Shown: piece by piece, positions 1 through 11,391 of the stretch
Layout of the letters: the number at the start of each line of letters is the position of its first letter
How positions within the stretch are numbered: position 1 is the stretch's first letter
DNA from: an uncultured virus (IMG/VR IMGVR_UViG_3300050821_000498)
Taxonomy: Duplodnaviria > Heunggongvirae > Uroviricota > Caudoviricetes
Length of the DNA: 64,000 nt
IMG/VR virus record: IMGVR_UViG_3300050821_000498
Reading direction: 5' to 3' (one strand)
The notes under the pieces: generated by a model
Databases searched by the model: none
Seen by the model: the letters and a program-made list of their open reading frames with translations, nothing else
What the model was told of the DNA's origin: nothing
Position numbers and translations under genes: made by a program

Positions 1-246
1 TAGGCATTTTGATAAAATATTGGCAGGACAGATTGTAGATGCATCTGATAATGTTCCTCATTGGAGTGCTATATTGGCTAACATTGATATTATTGTCTCT
101 GCTGAAGCTGCTGGTACATTGATTGATGATAGGCCACTTGTTATTGGGTATGAAGGTGTTCTTGATAAGCTAACACCACTTGTAAAGAGTCTGCAAGAGT
201 TGCACAAAGATAAAACTCCTAGAGACTTTACATTGAAGGATAAGAA

Positions 247-783
247 ATGAAGCCTACGATTTTACTTAGTAATAAAGAGTACTTTGATTTCACAAGTCCT
301 GAAACTTCTGTATTCACTGAAAAAGAAATAGCACATAATCTCAGCCATATTTGTAGATTTACTGGTGCGGGTAAGTGGTATTCTGTCGCCGAGCACTCTG
401 TTTGGGTAAGTTATCTAGTACCTACTGAGCACCAGTTTGCAGCACTTCTGCATGATGCAGCAGAGGCTTTCCTTTCAGATATATCTTCGCCCTTGAAGCA
501 ACTTCTGCCTGATTATAAAGTAATTGAAGAACGTGTAGAGAGGGAAATATTTGAACGATTTGGGTTAAATTACCCTATGCATCCATCTATTAAGATTGCA
601 GATTTACGTATGCTTAAAACTGAATTTAGAGATATTATGTTGACCGAAGACTATCCAGAATGTGTAAAGAATGTAGACATCGTAGCAGGTAAGCTATTGC
701 CATTGTCTAGTGCAAAAGCTTATAAACTATTTCTTGATCGCTTCTACGAACTAAACGCTAAACGTAATAAGAGGGCAGCATAA
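247..783 (+). CDS. HD-domain phosphohydrolase (YfbR/5'-deoxynucleotidase-like)
   Basis: RFTG..YSVAEHS, LLHDAAEA and KIAD motifs. Confidence 0.85.
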   Translation: MKPTILLSNKEYFDFTSPETSVFTEKEIAHNLSHICRFTGAGKWYSVAEHSVWVSYLVPTEHQFAALLHDAAEAFLSDISSPLKQLLPDYKVIEERVEREIFERFGLNYPMHPSIKIADLRMLKTEFRDIMLTEDYPECVKNVDIVAGKLLPLSSAKAYKLFLDRFYELNAKRNKRAA

Positions 784-2053
784 TGGAAAATATTGTATGG
801 AGTAATGATGGGGAACAATATAATCACGAGTCTAAAGAAGAGTGTATTGAGAGCCTATGGCATTCTTGTGATGATGGCATTGTAGGCAATAAAATCTATT
901 ACGGAACTGCCAGTATTCCTGTTGTTAACAATCTGATAGATATTGAGGATATTCTTGAGATGCTTGGAGAACGAGCTTATGATAACTATGGAGAGTGTGC
1001 AGAAGATTTTCCTGATGTAAGCGAGAAATCTAAGAAGCTTCTTAATAATTACCTTAAGAAATGGATTGATAAGTATTGCACTATCACTTTCTGGACTGTT
1101 AAGGGTGGCGAAAGTTATACAATCACTGAAGCAGATGTGGAGGGATTAAATGGGTAAAATGATTATAGAAGCACGAGATGGTATCTCTGATAGTAGTGCA
1201 CTAGATTATGTACTAGCTGTAACACAAGATGGCAGAATTAGTGGCAATAGCTATTGTTACGTAACTGTATTCCATAGCGGAGTTGTAGTATCAGCACGAA
1301 GAAACAAATTATCAGATAAGTTTATCGTGTACAAGAGGGGAAATAATGTCTAGAACATTATTCCTAATGCCAAGCTACACATCATCAGGATTATGGCCTA
1401 CAAATCCTTATAAAGAGTATAGTCAGTCTCTAGATATAACAAAGTTGGGATTATCTGAAGAATTGATTGACAGGATGATGCGATGGGGATTGTTATATGA
1501 TATAATGTGGGATACAAGGGAGTATAAGGACTACGATAAATTTATGATTGAAACTGTCACCATTTCTTTAAAACTTAAAGAAGAATTGAAAGACACTGAA
1601 ATTATTATTGTGAATTGGAGGGACGGATGATTGATCTATATAAATATCGTGCAGCATATGTAGAGCTTATATCTTGGCATGAAGATGATAAAACTCTTAA
1701 AATAGAATTAACAGATATCAAGGGTAGGCTTTGCACGTTGGCAATATCCCCGACGACAGGCTATGATATATCAGTTGATGAGATTATTGATCATGGCTAA
1801 TGTGAATATTAGTAAATGGGATATTGCCCAAGTTATGGGATTGGAGTATGTAGGTGAGTCTGACCCACCAGAAGATGATTATAATAGTTTTTATTACATA
1901 TTCCATTACATGGATAAAAAATTTGTTGATATTTACCACGATATCTATAATGATTATGGTGCCGGTGACTTAGAAGAAGCTAAAGAGCAGGCTGCTGAAA
2001 AGCTGTTTGATAGAATTGCCAGTTTGGTGAATAGTGTTCATGTGAATTATTGA
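783..2053 (+). CDS. Run of five small hypothetical phage genes (783-1157, 1150-1353, 1346-1630, 1615-1800, 1763-2053)
   Basis: Tightly overlapping start/stop codons on the same strand; no motifs recognised. Confidence 0.6.
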
Positions 2054-2059
2054 GGAGGG

Positions 2060-2893
2060 TTGATGGAAGGTTTATATGTAGGAAAAATTATTGAAACTAA
2101 ACACTATGGAAGTTATATAATTGAAGAAATAATTTCATCCTCCGTAAAAACTGGAGGAGTCAGGATAAAATTTATTGATTGCGGTTCTGTGAGAATCACT
2201 GATGCTAAATCAGCTAGAAATGGAAATGTTTCACCTAAAAAGAAAACAAAAATAAAGATAGGAGATAAATTTTCAAGATTGACAGTTGTAGATAGAATTT
2301 CGGATGTTGGAGCTAGAAATACTAAGTGGCTATGTATATGCGAATGTGGAGGAATTGCCAGACCGACTACAATAGCTCTTACAGCAGGGCACACTACTTC
2401 TTGCGGATGTTATGCCATAGAAGCCACTAGAGAGTCCTCTACAACGCACGGCGGTACGGGAACAAAAGAATATATAGTGTGGGCTTCTATGAAACGAAGA
2501 TGTTTTGATAAAAATCATGACGCTTATTACAGATACGGAGCAAGAGGAATTACTGTTTGTGAAGAATGGAAAAATAATTTTTCTAAATTTTTAGAAGATA
2601 TGGGAAAATGTCCTGACGGATTAGCATTAGAAAGAAAAGACCCGAACAAAAATTATTGTAAAGAAAATTGCAAATGGGATACTCATAATATGCAAGGATA
2701 TAATACTAACATACGATCTAATAATACATCTGGAAGGACAGGAATTTATTTTAATAAAAATCAAAATAAATGGACAGCAGCTATAGGGGCAGAGTTTAGA
2801 TTAATACATCTAGGCACTTTTAATACTTTTGAAGATGCCTTAATAGCCAGAGAAGAGGCTGAAATAAAATACTATGGCTTTAATAAGGAGTAA
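2060..2893 (+). CDS. HNH-AP2 type homing endonuclease (free-standing)
   Basis: WLCICECG, TSCGC, YGARGITVCEEW, LERKDPNKNYCKENCKW, then AP2-like NTSGRTGI..HLGTF..A..AR. Confidence 0.85.
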   Translation: MMEGLYVGKIIETKHYGSYIIEEIISSSVKTGGVRIKFIDCGSVRITDAKSARNGNVSPKKKTKIKIGDKFSRLTVVDRISDVGARNTKWLCICECGGIARPTTIALTAGHTTSCGCYAIEATRESSTTHGGTGTKEYIVWASMKRRCFDKNHDAYYRYGARGITVCEEWKNNFSKFLEDMGKCPDGLALERKDPNKNYCKENCKWDTHNMQGYNTNIRSNNTSGRTGIYFNKNQNKWTAAIGAEFRLIHLGTFNTFEDALIAREEAEIKYYGFNKE

Positions 2894-2895
2894 AT

Positions 2896-5370
2896 ATGCG
2901 TGTAGTTTTAGATATAGAAACAACAGGATTTATTGATCATACAAGCATAGACTACACAGCAAGTCCTTATAAACTATTTGATACTTTTAAAGTTCACTGC
3001 ATTGCTGTTAAAGATATAGACACAGGTAAAATGTACACTTTCGCAGAGGAAGAATGTTATACTGAATTTTTAGAATTCAGCAAACAATTTACAATGTTAG
3101 TGGGCCACAACATAATTAACTTCGATTTACTTGTATTAAAAGTAGCTTTAGGACTAAATTACACAATTGGAGATATAGATACTTTTGATGAAAGACCTGT
3201 AGAGATATGGGACACTATGATTGCCTCAAAAGTGCTCAATCCAGATCGTTATGGAGGCCACTCAATTGAAGCTTGGGGTAAAACTTTAGGATTGGAAAAA
3301 ATTGATTGGAGAGCCAAAGCAATTGAAGTAGGACTGATATCTAAAGATGCTCCTGCGGGTGCTGAGTTTGCTAAATATAGTCCTGAAATGTTAGAGTATA
3401 ATATACGAGATGTGGAAGTTAATCATAAGGTGTATAATGCCTTGGTTAAAGAGTGGGGAGATTGGCCTTGGCAAGATGCTTTCAAATTAGAGCAGAAAGT
3501 AGCAGAAATCATCACTAGGCAACAACACAGAGGTTTTTGGTTTGATAAAGATTTTGCTGAAGAATGCGTAAGAGACTTAGATAGCAAGATGGAAGAAATA
3601 CGTAACATAGTAGAACCTTTAATTCCGCCTCGTACTTTAGCTAAAACTAAACAAGCTTTTTATACGCCTGGAAAAGAGCAGTTTTTGAAATCTGGACAAC
3701 CTAATGTAAACATAGGAAAGTTTGTAGCTAAGCATGGAAGTAAGTTGGAAGAACGGGATGGTAATTGGTATACAGTTCTTTACGGTAAAGAATATAAATT
3801 ACCTCTACCTTGCGAACCTTTAATAACGACAGAGCCAGGAAAATTAAGCAGCAGTGCTAATGACTCTTCTCATATAAAAGGTTGGTTGATGCAGGAATAT
3901 AACTGGAATCCTACTCAGTACAAAGAGAGAGATTTGACAGTTGATTCTAAGAAGAAAAAGATTTCACAAGAGAGATTTGAAATTGTAGTTGAAAAATATG
4001 CAGAACAAACTCTTAACTCTCCTTTCCGTGATGATAGGTGTTATGAGTTAGAAGTGAAGCCTAACAGATTGCGAGATAAGTTACTAAAGCACGATATTAA
4101 AAGACCTTTGAAAGTGTATACTAATCCTACACTAACAGTAGGACAAGAAAAGGAAATTGATCCTAATTTGTTGGCAATAGGGGATAAATTTCCTCATGCT
4201 AAACTTGTGTCCGATTATTTTACTTACACACACAGACGTAATAGTATTTTAGGAGGCGGAGTTGATCCAGATGACGACGAGGAAGAGAATGAAGTAGGAT
4301 TTTTATCTGAGCCACGTTTAAATTTAGATCATAGGATACCTACACCAGCAGGTACTTGCGACGCCGCAACGAGTCGCATGAAGCACAGAAAAGTTGCAAA
4401 CATCAGTAGAACATCTAGCCTGTATGGTAAGCAAATGAGGTCATTATTTGGTGCAGACTTGAAAGATGGCTTCTTGCAGTTGGCTTTCGATTTTGATTCA
4501 TTAGAGGCAAAGATGGAAACTCACGCAGTTTTTCGTTACCCTGGAGGGCCAGAATACGGGGTAAGTTTAACAGCAGAAAAACCTAATGATTGCCACAGCG
4601 TATTGGCTAGGTCTATTACTAAAATGTTGAATAGAGAATTTCCTCGGCAATCTGCTAAGCCTGTTAAATACGGTTGTTCATACAATGCACAAGCTAAGCG
4701 AGTAGCAAAAACTGTAGGATGTTCGCTGGAAGATGGACAGATTATTTTTAATGCTTTTTGGATACAAGCGGCACCGTTAAAATTGTTAAAAGAGGCAATG
4801 CAAAAATATTGGGAAACTACAGGCCAGAAAAAATTCATTCCGGCTATTGACAAGCGTAAATTGCCAATCCGCTCTAAAGGAAATGTTATTAACAGTTATC
4901 TTCAAAGTGCCGGTGTTATTTGTGCTAAGCGAGCTATGGTAATGCATGATGCAATGTTAGAAGAGGAAGGTTTGCTTGTAGACTTTTTTACAGAAGATTG
5001 GAAGAGTAAGAATTTCTGTCAGCAAATGATAGCCTATCACGATGAAGCTCAATATGAAGTAAGACGTTCTGCTGTAGAATTTAAAACATTTCCTGTTAAA
5101 GGTGCTTTGGAAATTACAGATAAAGAAGGTAAGTTAGTAGAGTCTGAAGAAGCTAAGGCTGCTAAAAAAGCTGCTAAGGAGTTTAAAGAGGCCCAGACAG
5201 ACAGAGTATGGTCAGACGTTATGCATACAGATAAAATGTATTATGTAGCTTATAATCGCTCTGGAGAGCTTGCAGTTAGAGCTGTTAAGATGTCTGGAGA
5301 ATATTATAAACTTAACGTGGAGCTTACAGCAGGGTATATGATAGGAACAAACTGGGCCACATGTCACTAG
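2896..5370 (+). CDS. polA: Family A DNA polymerase with 3'-5' exonuclease (Tyr at the PolI-762-equivalent position)
   Basis: Exo motifs DIET, HNIINFD, YNIRD; Pol motif A DFDSLE, motif B RQSAKPVKYGCSY, motif C YHDE. Confidence 0.93.
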   Translation: MRVVLDIETTGFIDHTSIDYTASPYKLFDTFKVHCIAVKDIDTGKMYTFAEEECYTEFLEFSKQFTMLVGHNIINFDLLVLKVALGLNYTIGDIDTFDERPVEIWDTMIASKVLNPDRYGGHSIEAWGKTLGLEKIDWRAKAIEVGLISKDAPAGAEFAKYSPEMLEYNIRDVEVNHKVYNALVKEWGDWPWQDAFKLEQKVAEIITRQQHRGFWFDKDFAEECVRDLDSKMEEIRNIVEPLIPPRTLAKTKQAFYTPGKEQFLKSGQPNVNIGKFVAKHGSKLEERDGNWYTVLYGKEYKLPLPCEPLITTEPGKLSSSANDSSHIKGWLMQEYNWNPTQYKERDLTVDSKKKKISQERFEIVVEKYAEQTLNSPFRDDRCYELEVKPNRLRDKLLKHDIKRPLKVYTNPTLTVGQEKEIDPNLLAIGDKFPHAKLVSDYFTYTHRRNSILGGGVDPDDDEEENEVGFLSEPRLNLDHRIPTPAGTCDAATSRMKHRKVANISRTSSLYGKQMRSLFGADLKDGFLQLAFDFDSLEAKMETHAVFRYPGGPEYGVSLTAEKPNDCHSVLARSITKMLNREFPRQSAKPVKYGCSYNAQAKRVAKTVGCSLEDGQIIFNAFWIQAAPLKLLKEAMQKYWETTGQKKFIPAIDKRKLPIRSKGNVINSYLQSAGVICAKRAMVMHDAMLEEEGLLVDFFTEDWKSKNFCQQMIAYHDEAQYEVRRSAVEFKTFPVKGALEITDKEGKLVESEEAKAAKKAAKEFKEAQTDRVWSDVMHTDKMYYVAYNRSGELAVRAVKMSGEYYKLNVELTAGYMIGTNWATCH

Positions 5371-6493
5371 GAGAAACAATGTTCGATTCACTACAATATC
5401 AATTAGTAATAGACGAAGGAAAGAAAGCTTATAACTGCTGGAAACAGCTTTCAGATAACCCTCATGTACCAGGGACAGATAGCAGGATATTATGGGAAAT
5501 AGGTTGGCAGGAGGCTTATGATGAGTACAACAAAATCCCAGCGTAAGAAACCACTTAGCTATTATAAAGATCGCTTAATACGCGGTTGTACACAACAAGA
5601 AATGCAAGTAGTAGTGGATGGCTGTTATGCAGCCATAATTAATAGGCAAATGGATGTGTATATCGCTTTTAGTAGGTTGTTTAGGTGGCCTGAAGGGTTT
5701 CCAAAAGGAGTATGTGTAAGTAAGGTTGGAGAAAACACTAATATCCATAAGATTAAGACTAAGAAATTAATTGCATGGCTGCATGAAAATAAGTGGACAA
5801 ATTACACGTATTCTGATATAATGGCTGCTACAAGAATTAGTGAATATACGATTAATGAGTTAGATAGAATGTTTACAGAAGGAGATGAAGATGAATCAAG
5901 AAATTCCCCATCATAGTGTATGGAGAGATACGATAACTGGCTATCAAGCTGTAGTTAGCACAGAGATTGACGACAGGAGTAAAGTTGTTTTTGTATTTGA
6001 AGATTACAGCGCTGATATTCTGACTGTAGAAAGATTTCTAGAGGAATTTGAGTTTATCTCTACTAATGCCAGTGATATTAATAAATCTCATGCGTAAACG
6101 TTCCTACATATTAGACTTAGAAATAGACGATGAAATACGTTTCGCAGAGTGTATTTATATCTTCACTAGAGGTAAGAAAGCTGATAGGATTAATCCTCCA
6201 GAGTATTCTGAAATTGAGTTACTAGATATACGTGTAGATGGTGAAAGTGTTATTCATAAGTTTGATCGTAATCAATTTAATTGTATAGAAGATCATATAT
6301 TGGATTTAGAAGAAAGGGGAGTAATTTGAACATTACAGAGCTTGTAACGGGATGGATTGCAGAGGCTCAGCTTCAACATAAGTTTTATTGCGCAGAATTT
6401 GAAGCATGGGATAATGCTGATGATATGCATGCTATTGCTGAGTGGGAAAGAGTGATTAATTTCCTTGAAGAGAAATTGGAACGTATTGGATAA
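5361..6493 (+). CDS. Run of five small hypothetical genes (5361-5546, 5518-5916, 5885-6097, 6048-6329, 6281-6493)
   Basis: Co-directional overlapping ORFs; no motifs recognised. Confidence 0.55.
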
Positions 6494-6537
6494 CATAATT
6501 TAGTATTAATAATTATGGAATAATATAAGGATAATTA

Positions 6538-7527
6538 ATGAATGTACTAAGTTTATTTGATGGAATGAGTTGTGGTAGAATAGCTTTAGAACGTGCCAAT
6601 ATTAAAGTGGATAAATATTTTGCTAGTGAGATAGATAAGCATGCTGTTAAAGTTAGTAAAGCTAATTGGTCAGATATAGTTCATGTTGGTGATGTCACGA
6701 AGATTAGTTATAAAAATGGAATACTCTGCACTGAAAATGGTAATTACGAAACAGCTATTGATTTATTGATCGGTGGAAGTCCTTGCCAGGGATTCTCTTT
6801 AGCTGGAAAGCAGATTGCATTTGATGATGAGAGATCAAAACTTTATTTTGAATATGAACGTATTCTCAGTGAAATTAAAAGCGATAACCCTAATATTAAA
6901 TTTTTACTAGAAAATGTGAAAATGAAACAAGAATATAAGGACATTATCTCTAGTCGATTAAATGTAGAGCCTATTAGTATTAATTCTAACTTAGTATCTG
7001 CTCAAAATCGTTTTAGACTTTATTGGACTAATATAGGTGCTATCAAACAACCAGCAGATAAAAATATTTTACTTTGTGATGTTCTAGAAGAAAATGTGGA
7101 CGATAAGTATAGGATTAAAGATGGTAGGTTGTCCTGGTTAAAAACTTACGGAGAATTAAAGGAAAAAGATGGTTACGTAGCTTTTAATCCCCACAAAGCT
7201 AAATGTTTGACGGTTCGCGGTGAACCGTCTTGGAATACCACATACATATTACAATGGCCTCATGGAAGTAATAAGGGTGGTATAAGAGCTATTGACGGCA
7301 AAACTCCTAGTATCACTACTTCATCTTGGGAAGCTAATAATCTTTTACTGCACGAAGGATTAGTTAGGAAATTAACTCCAGAAGAATGTGAAGAATTGCA
7401 AACAGTACCTAAGAAGTACACTGCTTGTGTTTCTGACACACAAAGATATAAGATGTTAGGTAATGGCTGGACAGTAGACGTTATATCTCATATATTTAAT
7501 TATTTAAACAAGGAGGGTAATATTTGA
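6538..7527 (+). CDS. DNA cytosine-C5 methyltransferase
   Basis: Motif I SLFDG, IV GGSPCQG, VI ENV, VIII QNRFR, X KMLGNGW. Confidence 0.93.
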   Translation: MNVLSLFDGMSCGRIALERANIKVDKYFASEIDKHAVKVSKANWSDIVHVGDVTKISYKNGILCTENGNYETAIDLLIGGSPCQGFSLAGKQIAFDDERSKLYFEYERILSEIKSDNPNIKFLLENVKMKQEYKDIISSRLNVEPISINSNLVSAQNRFRLYWTNIGAIKQPADKNILLCDVLEENVDDKYRIKDGRLSWLKTYGELKEKDGYVAFNPHKAKCLTVRGEPSWNTTYILQWPHGSNKGGIRAIDGKTPSITTSSWEANNLLLHEGLVRKLTPEECEELQTVPKKYTACVSDTQRYKMLGNGWTVDVISHIFNYLNKEGNI

Positions 7528-7778
7528 ATGACATAGAAAAAGCTCAGACATATGCACAAGCAATTTGCGACTTGTCTCTAGCAAATGAAATGGATTATAA
7601 TACTGTGCTTACAGGGCTTACAATGGCTGTAGCTGCTGTGTTGGTAGATTTCTCTGTAGGATTTGAAACAGGGGAAATTGATAGTGAAGTGTTGAGTGTT
7701 AATGCAGATAATTTCTGTGAATACTTAAAAGAGCAAGTGAATCGTTATAAACAAATTAATATAAAGGAAACTAAATAG
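7524..7778 (+). CDS. Hypothetical protein
   Basis: ORF in operon context with GGAGG upstream. Confidence 0.55.
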   Translation: MNDIEKAQTYAQAICDLSLANEMDYNTVLTGLTMAVAAVLVDFSVGFETGEIDSEVLSVNADNFCEYLKEQVNRYKQINIKETK

Positions 7779-8009
7779 ATGAAAATGTATAGTGTACGTC
7801 CAGGTGATTGGATTTCTACTCCTAATAACGGTGTTGTCCAATTGGTGAGTATTGTAGGTAGTGTTGCTAATTGCGTAGATAAGAACGCTAATCCTGTGCA
7901 GGTGAGTTGTGCAGATGAAGTAGATTACTATGAGCAGATTGCACAGCCAAGTGTGTCAGAGATTTTGGAGCCTGAAGTTCCTAACCCTGTTGAAACAGCC
8001 CCTACATAA
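7779..8009 (+). CDS. Small beta-rich protein with acidic Pro/Glu tail (paralog of the next gene)
   Basis: N-terminus aligns by eye with 8025-8351. Confidence 0.6.
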   Translation: MKMYSVRPGDWISTPNNGVVQLVSIVGSVANCVDKNANPVQVSCADEVDYYEQIAQPSVSEILEPEVPNPVETAPT

Positions 8010-8024
8010 TTTAAAGGAGATAAT

Positions 8025-8351
8025 ATGAGTATTTATAGCGTAGCAATAGGTAATGCGTACAAAGTAGTTAGCGGAGAGATTTATAAGCTTGTTGGGATAT
8101 TTGGAGATCAAGTTAATGCTATTAACGCTGAAGGGAATATGGTTATTCATCATATTCAGGATTATTTGGAGGATGCTGTAGATTTTGCTGAGAGTGGTAG
8201 TGTTGAAGCTCCTGTAGAAAGTGTATCAGAGACTCCTGCTGTAGCAGAAACACCTGTAAATGTTCCTGAAGAAGCCCCTGTTGTAGAAGAAAAAGCTCCT
8301 GAAGATGTGCCTGTAGCTGTTGATAAAGAAACTAATAACGTAGCTGAATAA
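8025..8351 (+). CDS. Small beta-rich protein with long acidic Pro/Glu/Val tail
   Basis: AAGGAG RBS; low-complexity EAPV/ETP tail. Confidence 0.65.
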   Translation: MSIYSVAIGNAYKVVSGEIYKLVGIFGDQVNAINAEGNMVIHHIQDYLEDAVDFAESGSVEAPVESVSETPAVAETPVNVPEEAPVVEEKAPEDVPVAVDKETNNVAE

Positions 8352-8369
8352 ATTAAGGAGTAATAAACA

Positions 8370-9251
8370 ATGGCATTTAAACCTAAGAATAGTAACATCA
8401 CACGTAATGATAATTTTGAACCTCGCAATTATCCAGTCCCTAAAGCAGGTAGCCGTAAAGCTCGTGTAAGCTTGATCGTAGATTTGGGGACACAAGAGCG
8501 TGAAGATTTTGAAGATGAAAAGACAGGTGAAGTTAAACCACAAAAACCGTGCCATCAGGTAGCTGTCTTTGCTGATTTGGTAGCAGACAAAGTTGACTAC
8601 GGTGGTGACATCGGTGAGCAACATTATCGCTTGTGCCTGAATAAAACATTTAGCGGCGAATTGGTTGGTGTTAACTTCACAGCTACTCCTCCTAAAGATA
8701 ACAAAGGCAACACGATTGCAGGTAAGCCTTGGGGATTTCATCCTCAGAATCTGTTGACTAAACTTGCTAAAGCTGTAGGTAAGCCTGAAGTAGTTGAGAC
8801 TATGGATATCGAAGAGTTGCTAGATATGCCATTCATGGCTACAGTAGAAGTTAAGGAAAAGGATAGCGAGAAAGAAGATAAGGATGGTAATCCAATCATC
8901 TACCGTAATGTCAATTACAAGGGTGCTAGTGAAGTCCCTGAAGTAGAAGATGACGATGGTAATTCAAAGCCTATGGCTGTCGCTAAGTTGGCTCAGAAGG
9001 CTCGTTTGGTAACATTTGATAATGCCACTGTAGAAGATATTAAATTCTTGCGCCAGAATATTCGTAATAAGATTAAACTGGCTAAGGATTACGCAGGTAG
9101 CAATATTGAGAAAGCTATTCAGGAGTTTGAAGCTGAACAAGCATCTAAACCTGCCGATGAGCCTAAAGAGCAAGATAAGCCTAAAACTGCGTCTAGTAAG
9201 AAAACTAAACCTCCTGTAGAGGATATTGACGAATCAGAATCGCCGTTCTGA
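8370..9251 (+). CDS. Probable single-stranded DNA-binding/recombination protein
   Basis: Strong RBS, position before the exonuclease, acidic tail ending DIDESESPF typical of phage SSBs. Confidence 0.65.
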   Translation: MAFKPKNSNITRNDNFEPRNYPVPKAGSRKARVSLIVDLGTQEREDFEDEKTGEVKPQKPCHQVAVFADLVADKVDYGGDIGEQHYRLCLNKTFSGELVGVNFTATPPKDNKGNTIAGKPWGFHPQNLLTKLAKAVGKPEVVETMDIEELLDMPFMATVEVKEKDSEKEDKDGNPIIYRNVNYKGASEVPEVEDDDGNSKPMAVAKLAQKARLVTFDNATVEDIKFLRQNIRNKIKLAKDYAGSNIEKAIQEFEAEQASKPADEPKEQDKPKTASSKKTKPPVEDIDESESPF

Positions 9252-9267
9252 CCTATAAGGAGATAGT

Positions 9268-10290
9268 ATGCAATTAGTAATGGATTACGATTATCTTTGC
9301 TACCAATGTGCTGCTATCTCTGAATCTAGAACTATCTCTGCATTTCATGCACCAACTAATAAGACTTTTATATTCAATACTCGTAGCGAGTTATGGGGAA
9401 AAAAGAAAGCTAAAAATGAAGGGTGGATTGCAGAGATAAACGAAACACTAGGTAAAGAGAAATATAAACCTGAAGATTTTGTTATCACTGATGTACAGCA
9501 TGAAATGCCATTAGAGATAGCTAAGAAGATATTAGATAATAAAATAACATCAATTTGTCAAGCGTTAGATTGTTACGATTATTATGGCTATCTCGGTGGT
9601 GGTGAAAACTTTAGGCATAAATTAGCTACATTGTTGCCTTATAAGGGGCAACGAGAAGACTTAATTAAGCCCATACATCTAGAAGCTCTACGGCTGCATG
9701 CAGAGAAAGCACATAAAGCTAGGAAGATTCATCATTTAGACATTGAATCGGACGATGCCATAAGTATTGACGTATACGCAGGATGGCTTAACTGGAAACA
9801 AACTAAATCTGATAAAGATAAAGTTGTTGGGATTATGTGCGACAAAGATAGTAACGGTCAATGTGGCTGGTATTACAATCCTGAGAATGGAGATGCACCA
9901 CGTAATAATGGAGTCTTTGGTGGCCTTTGGCTGAACGATAAAGGTGAAGTTAAAGGGTATGGCAGGATGTGGTGGTATTTTCAATGTGCATATGGAGATA
10001 TTTCCGATAACTATAAATCTAACTCTGGTTGTAAAGTTAGATGGGGTGAAAAGGCAGCATACAATGCGTTGATTGAATGTAAGACGGATAAAGAAGCATG
10101 GCAAGTTTTAGTTGGTGTGTTCAAGCATCTTTACCCCAAACCTACAGAAATTGAGACATTCAGAGGAAAGATAAAAATAGACTGGTTGTATGTGTTTCAG
10201 GAAATGGTTCATATGGCTCATATGCGCAGAGATTTGGAAGATATCCTAGATGTGAAATATATATTGACTAAATTAGGAGTAAAGCATTGA
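9268..10290 (+). CDS. Phage 5'-3' exonuclease (T7 gp6/RNase H-like)
   Basis: Motifs MDYD, NFR..YKGQR, ESDD, DKD, GDISDN. Confidence 0.85.
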   Translation: MQLVMDYDYLCYQCAAISESRTISAFHAPTNKTFIFNTRSELWGKKKAKNEGWIAEINETLGKEKYKPEDFVITDVQHEMPLEIAKKILDNKITSICQALDCYDYYGYLGGGENFRHKLATLLPYKGQREDLIKPIHLEALRLHAEKAHKARKIHHLDIESDDAISIDVYAGWLNWKQTKSDKDKVVGIMCDKDSNGQCGWYYNPENGDAPRNNGVFGGLWLNDKGEVKGYGRMWWYFQCAYGDISDNYKSNSGCKVRWGEKAAYNALIECKTDKEAWQVLVGVFKHLYPKPTEIETFRGKIKIDWLYVFQEMVHMAHMRRDLEDILDVKYILTKLGVKH

Positions 10291-10871
10291 CTAAGAAAAC
10301 TCCTTGGCAAGAAGATGGCAATCCGTGGCATAATGAGGCTAAATTTATAACTTGGATACGTGGAGTATTACGCAAAGGTTGGTCTAAACACCCTTTAAAG
10401 TTAGAATATATTAAACGTAACAGGAAGCGTATTAAGAACCCTAATCCTAAAGCTTCAGTAAGGTTCCCTGAAGTGTGGGGAATGACTTGTGAACAATGTG
10501 GGAAAGATCATTTACAAGCTAATATTGAGATCGATCATAGAGGAGAACAAGGAACATTTACTACAATGTCTGAGATAGAGAATTACGCTCGGCATTTGTT
10601 TATGATTACTTATGAGGATATTCGTGCTGTTTGCACTCAGTGCCACAAAGCAATATCTTATTCTCAGAAGTCTGGTATGTCGTTTGAAGATAGTGTTCTT
10701 GAAAAGAAAGTCATCCAGTATATTAAAGACCATTCTACACAAGAAATTGTTGACTTTCTGAAACGATACAAGTATAATGACAACTTAGTCAGTAATGCTA
10801 CTAAACGTAGGAAAGCACTTACAGAGATATTTAAAGGAGAAGCTAATGAAGGAATTACCAAAAAGGTTTGA
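10287..10871 (+). CDS. Zn-binding HNH-like endonuclease (possible junction resolvase)
   Basis: CEQC..IEIDH..CTQCH; follows the exonuclease. Confidence 0.7.
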   Translation: MTKKTPWQEDGNPWHNEAKFITWIRGVLRKGWSKHPLKLEYIKRNRKRIKNPNPKASVRFPEVWGMTCEQCGKDHLQANIEIDHRGEQGTFTTMSEIENYARHLFMITYEDIRAVCTQCHKAISYSQKSGMSFEDSVLEKKVIQYIKDHSTQEIVDFLKRYKYNDNLVSNATKRRKALTEIFKGEANEGITKKV

Positions 10872-11391
10872 GTTTACGGTGGCGGGGATTGGATATACTA
10901 TTTGTGCGAACAAGAAATGTGTATACGTTATAGAAGACCCTTACAACCTTCTAACTATTACATATTCTTGGAGTAAAGCCCAAGTAGAAAATCTTGTCCA
11001 AAGTGGTAAATGGGTAATCACTAAAGATTTGTCAGAACCTGAATTGAAGCTGCCAATTATTGTACAATGGGTTGGACATGAAACGCAATATACTGCCTTG
11101 GCAGGGGCAAATGGTAAATTAGATTTAGTTGCGCATACAGATTTTACACATTATGATACTTATACTACACACCAACTAGAAGGTATGATTAAAGATGGTA
11201 CAGTAGTTGTCATAGCCTCTCCAGCCGTGTTTAAAGAGCCTACAAGCGAAGATAGGAGTAAACTAGCATTTACCGTAACCATTGACACTAAAGACGCTCT
11301 AGACGGCATTAAAGATGTTCAATATGCTTTGGATTGTTTGCAATCAACTGCTAATAGGTTGGGGATTAAATTTACAGCTAAGGGGGAGTGA
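10795..11391 (+). CDS. Hypothetical protein (start probably the later Met near 10846)
   Basis: ORF with AAGGAG before MKELPK. Confidence 0.55.
   Translation: MLLNVGKHLQRYLKEKLMKELPKRFEFTVAGIGYTICANKKCVYVIEDPYNLLTITYSWSKAQVENLVQSGKWVITKDLSEPELKLPIIVQWVGHETQYTALAGANGKLDLVAHTDFTHYDTYTTHQLEGMIKDGTVVVIASPAVFKEPTSEDRSKLAFTVTIDTKDALDGIKDVQYALDCLQSTANRLGIKFTAKGE

Noticed and set aside
2060..5370. Intron or intein in polA, nrdA, terL or MCP associated with the homing endonucleases
   Set aside because: Each gene is a continuous ORF of normal size with all motifs present; the endonucleases are free-standing.
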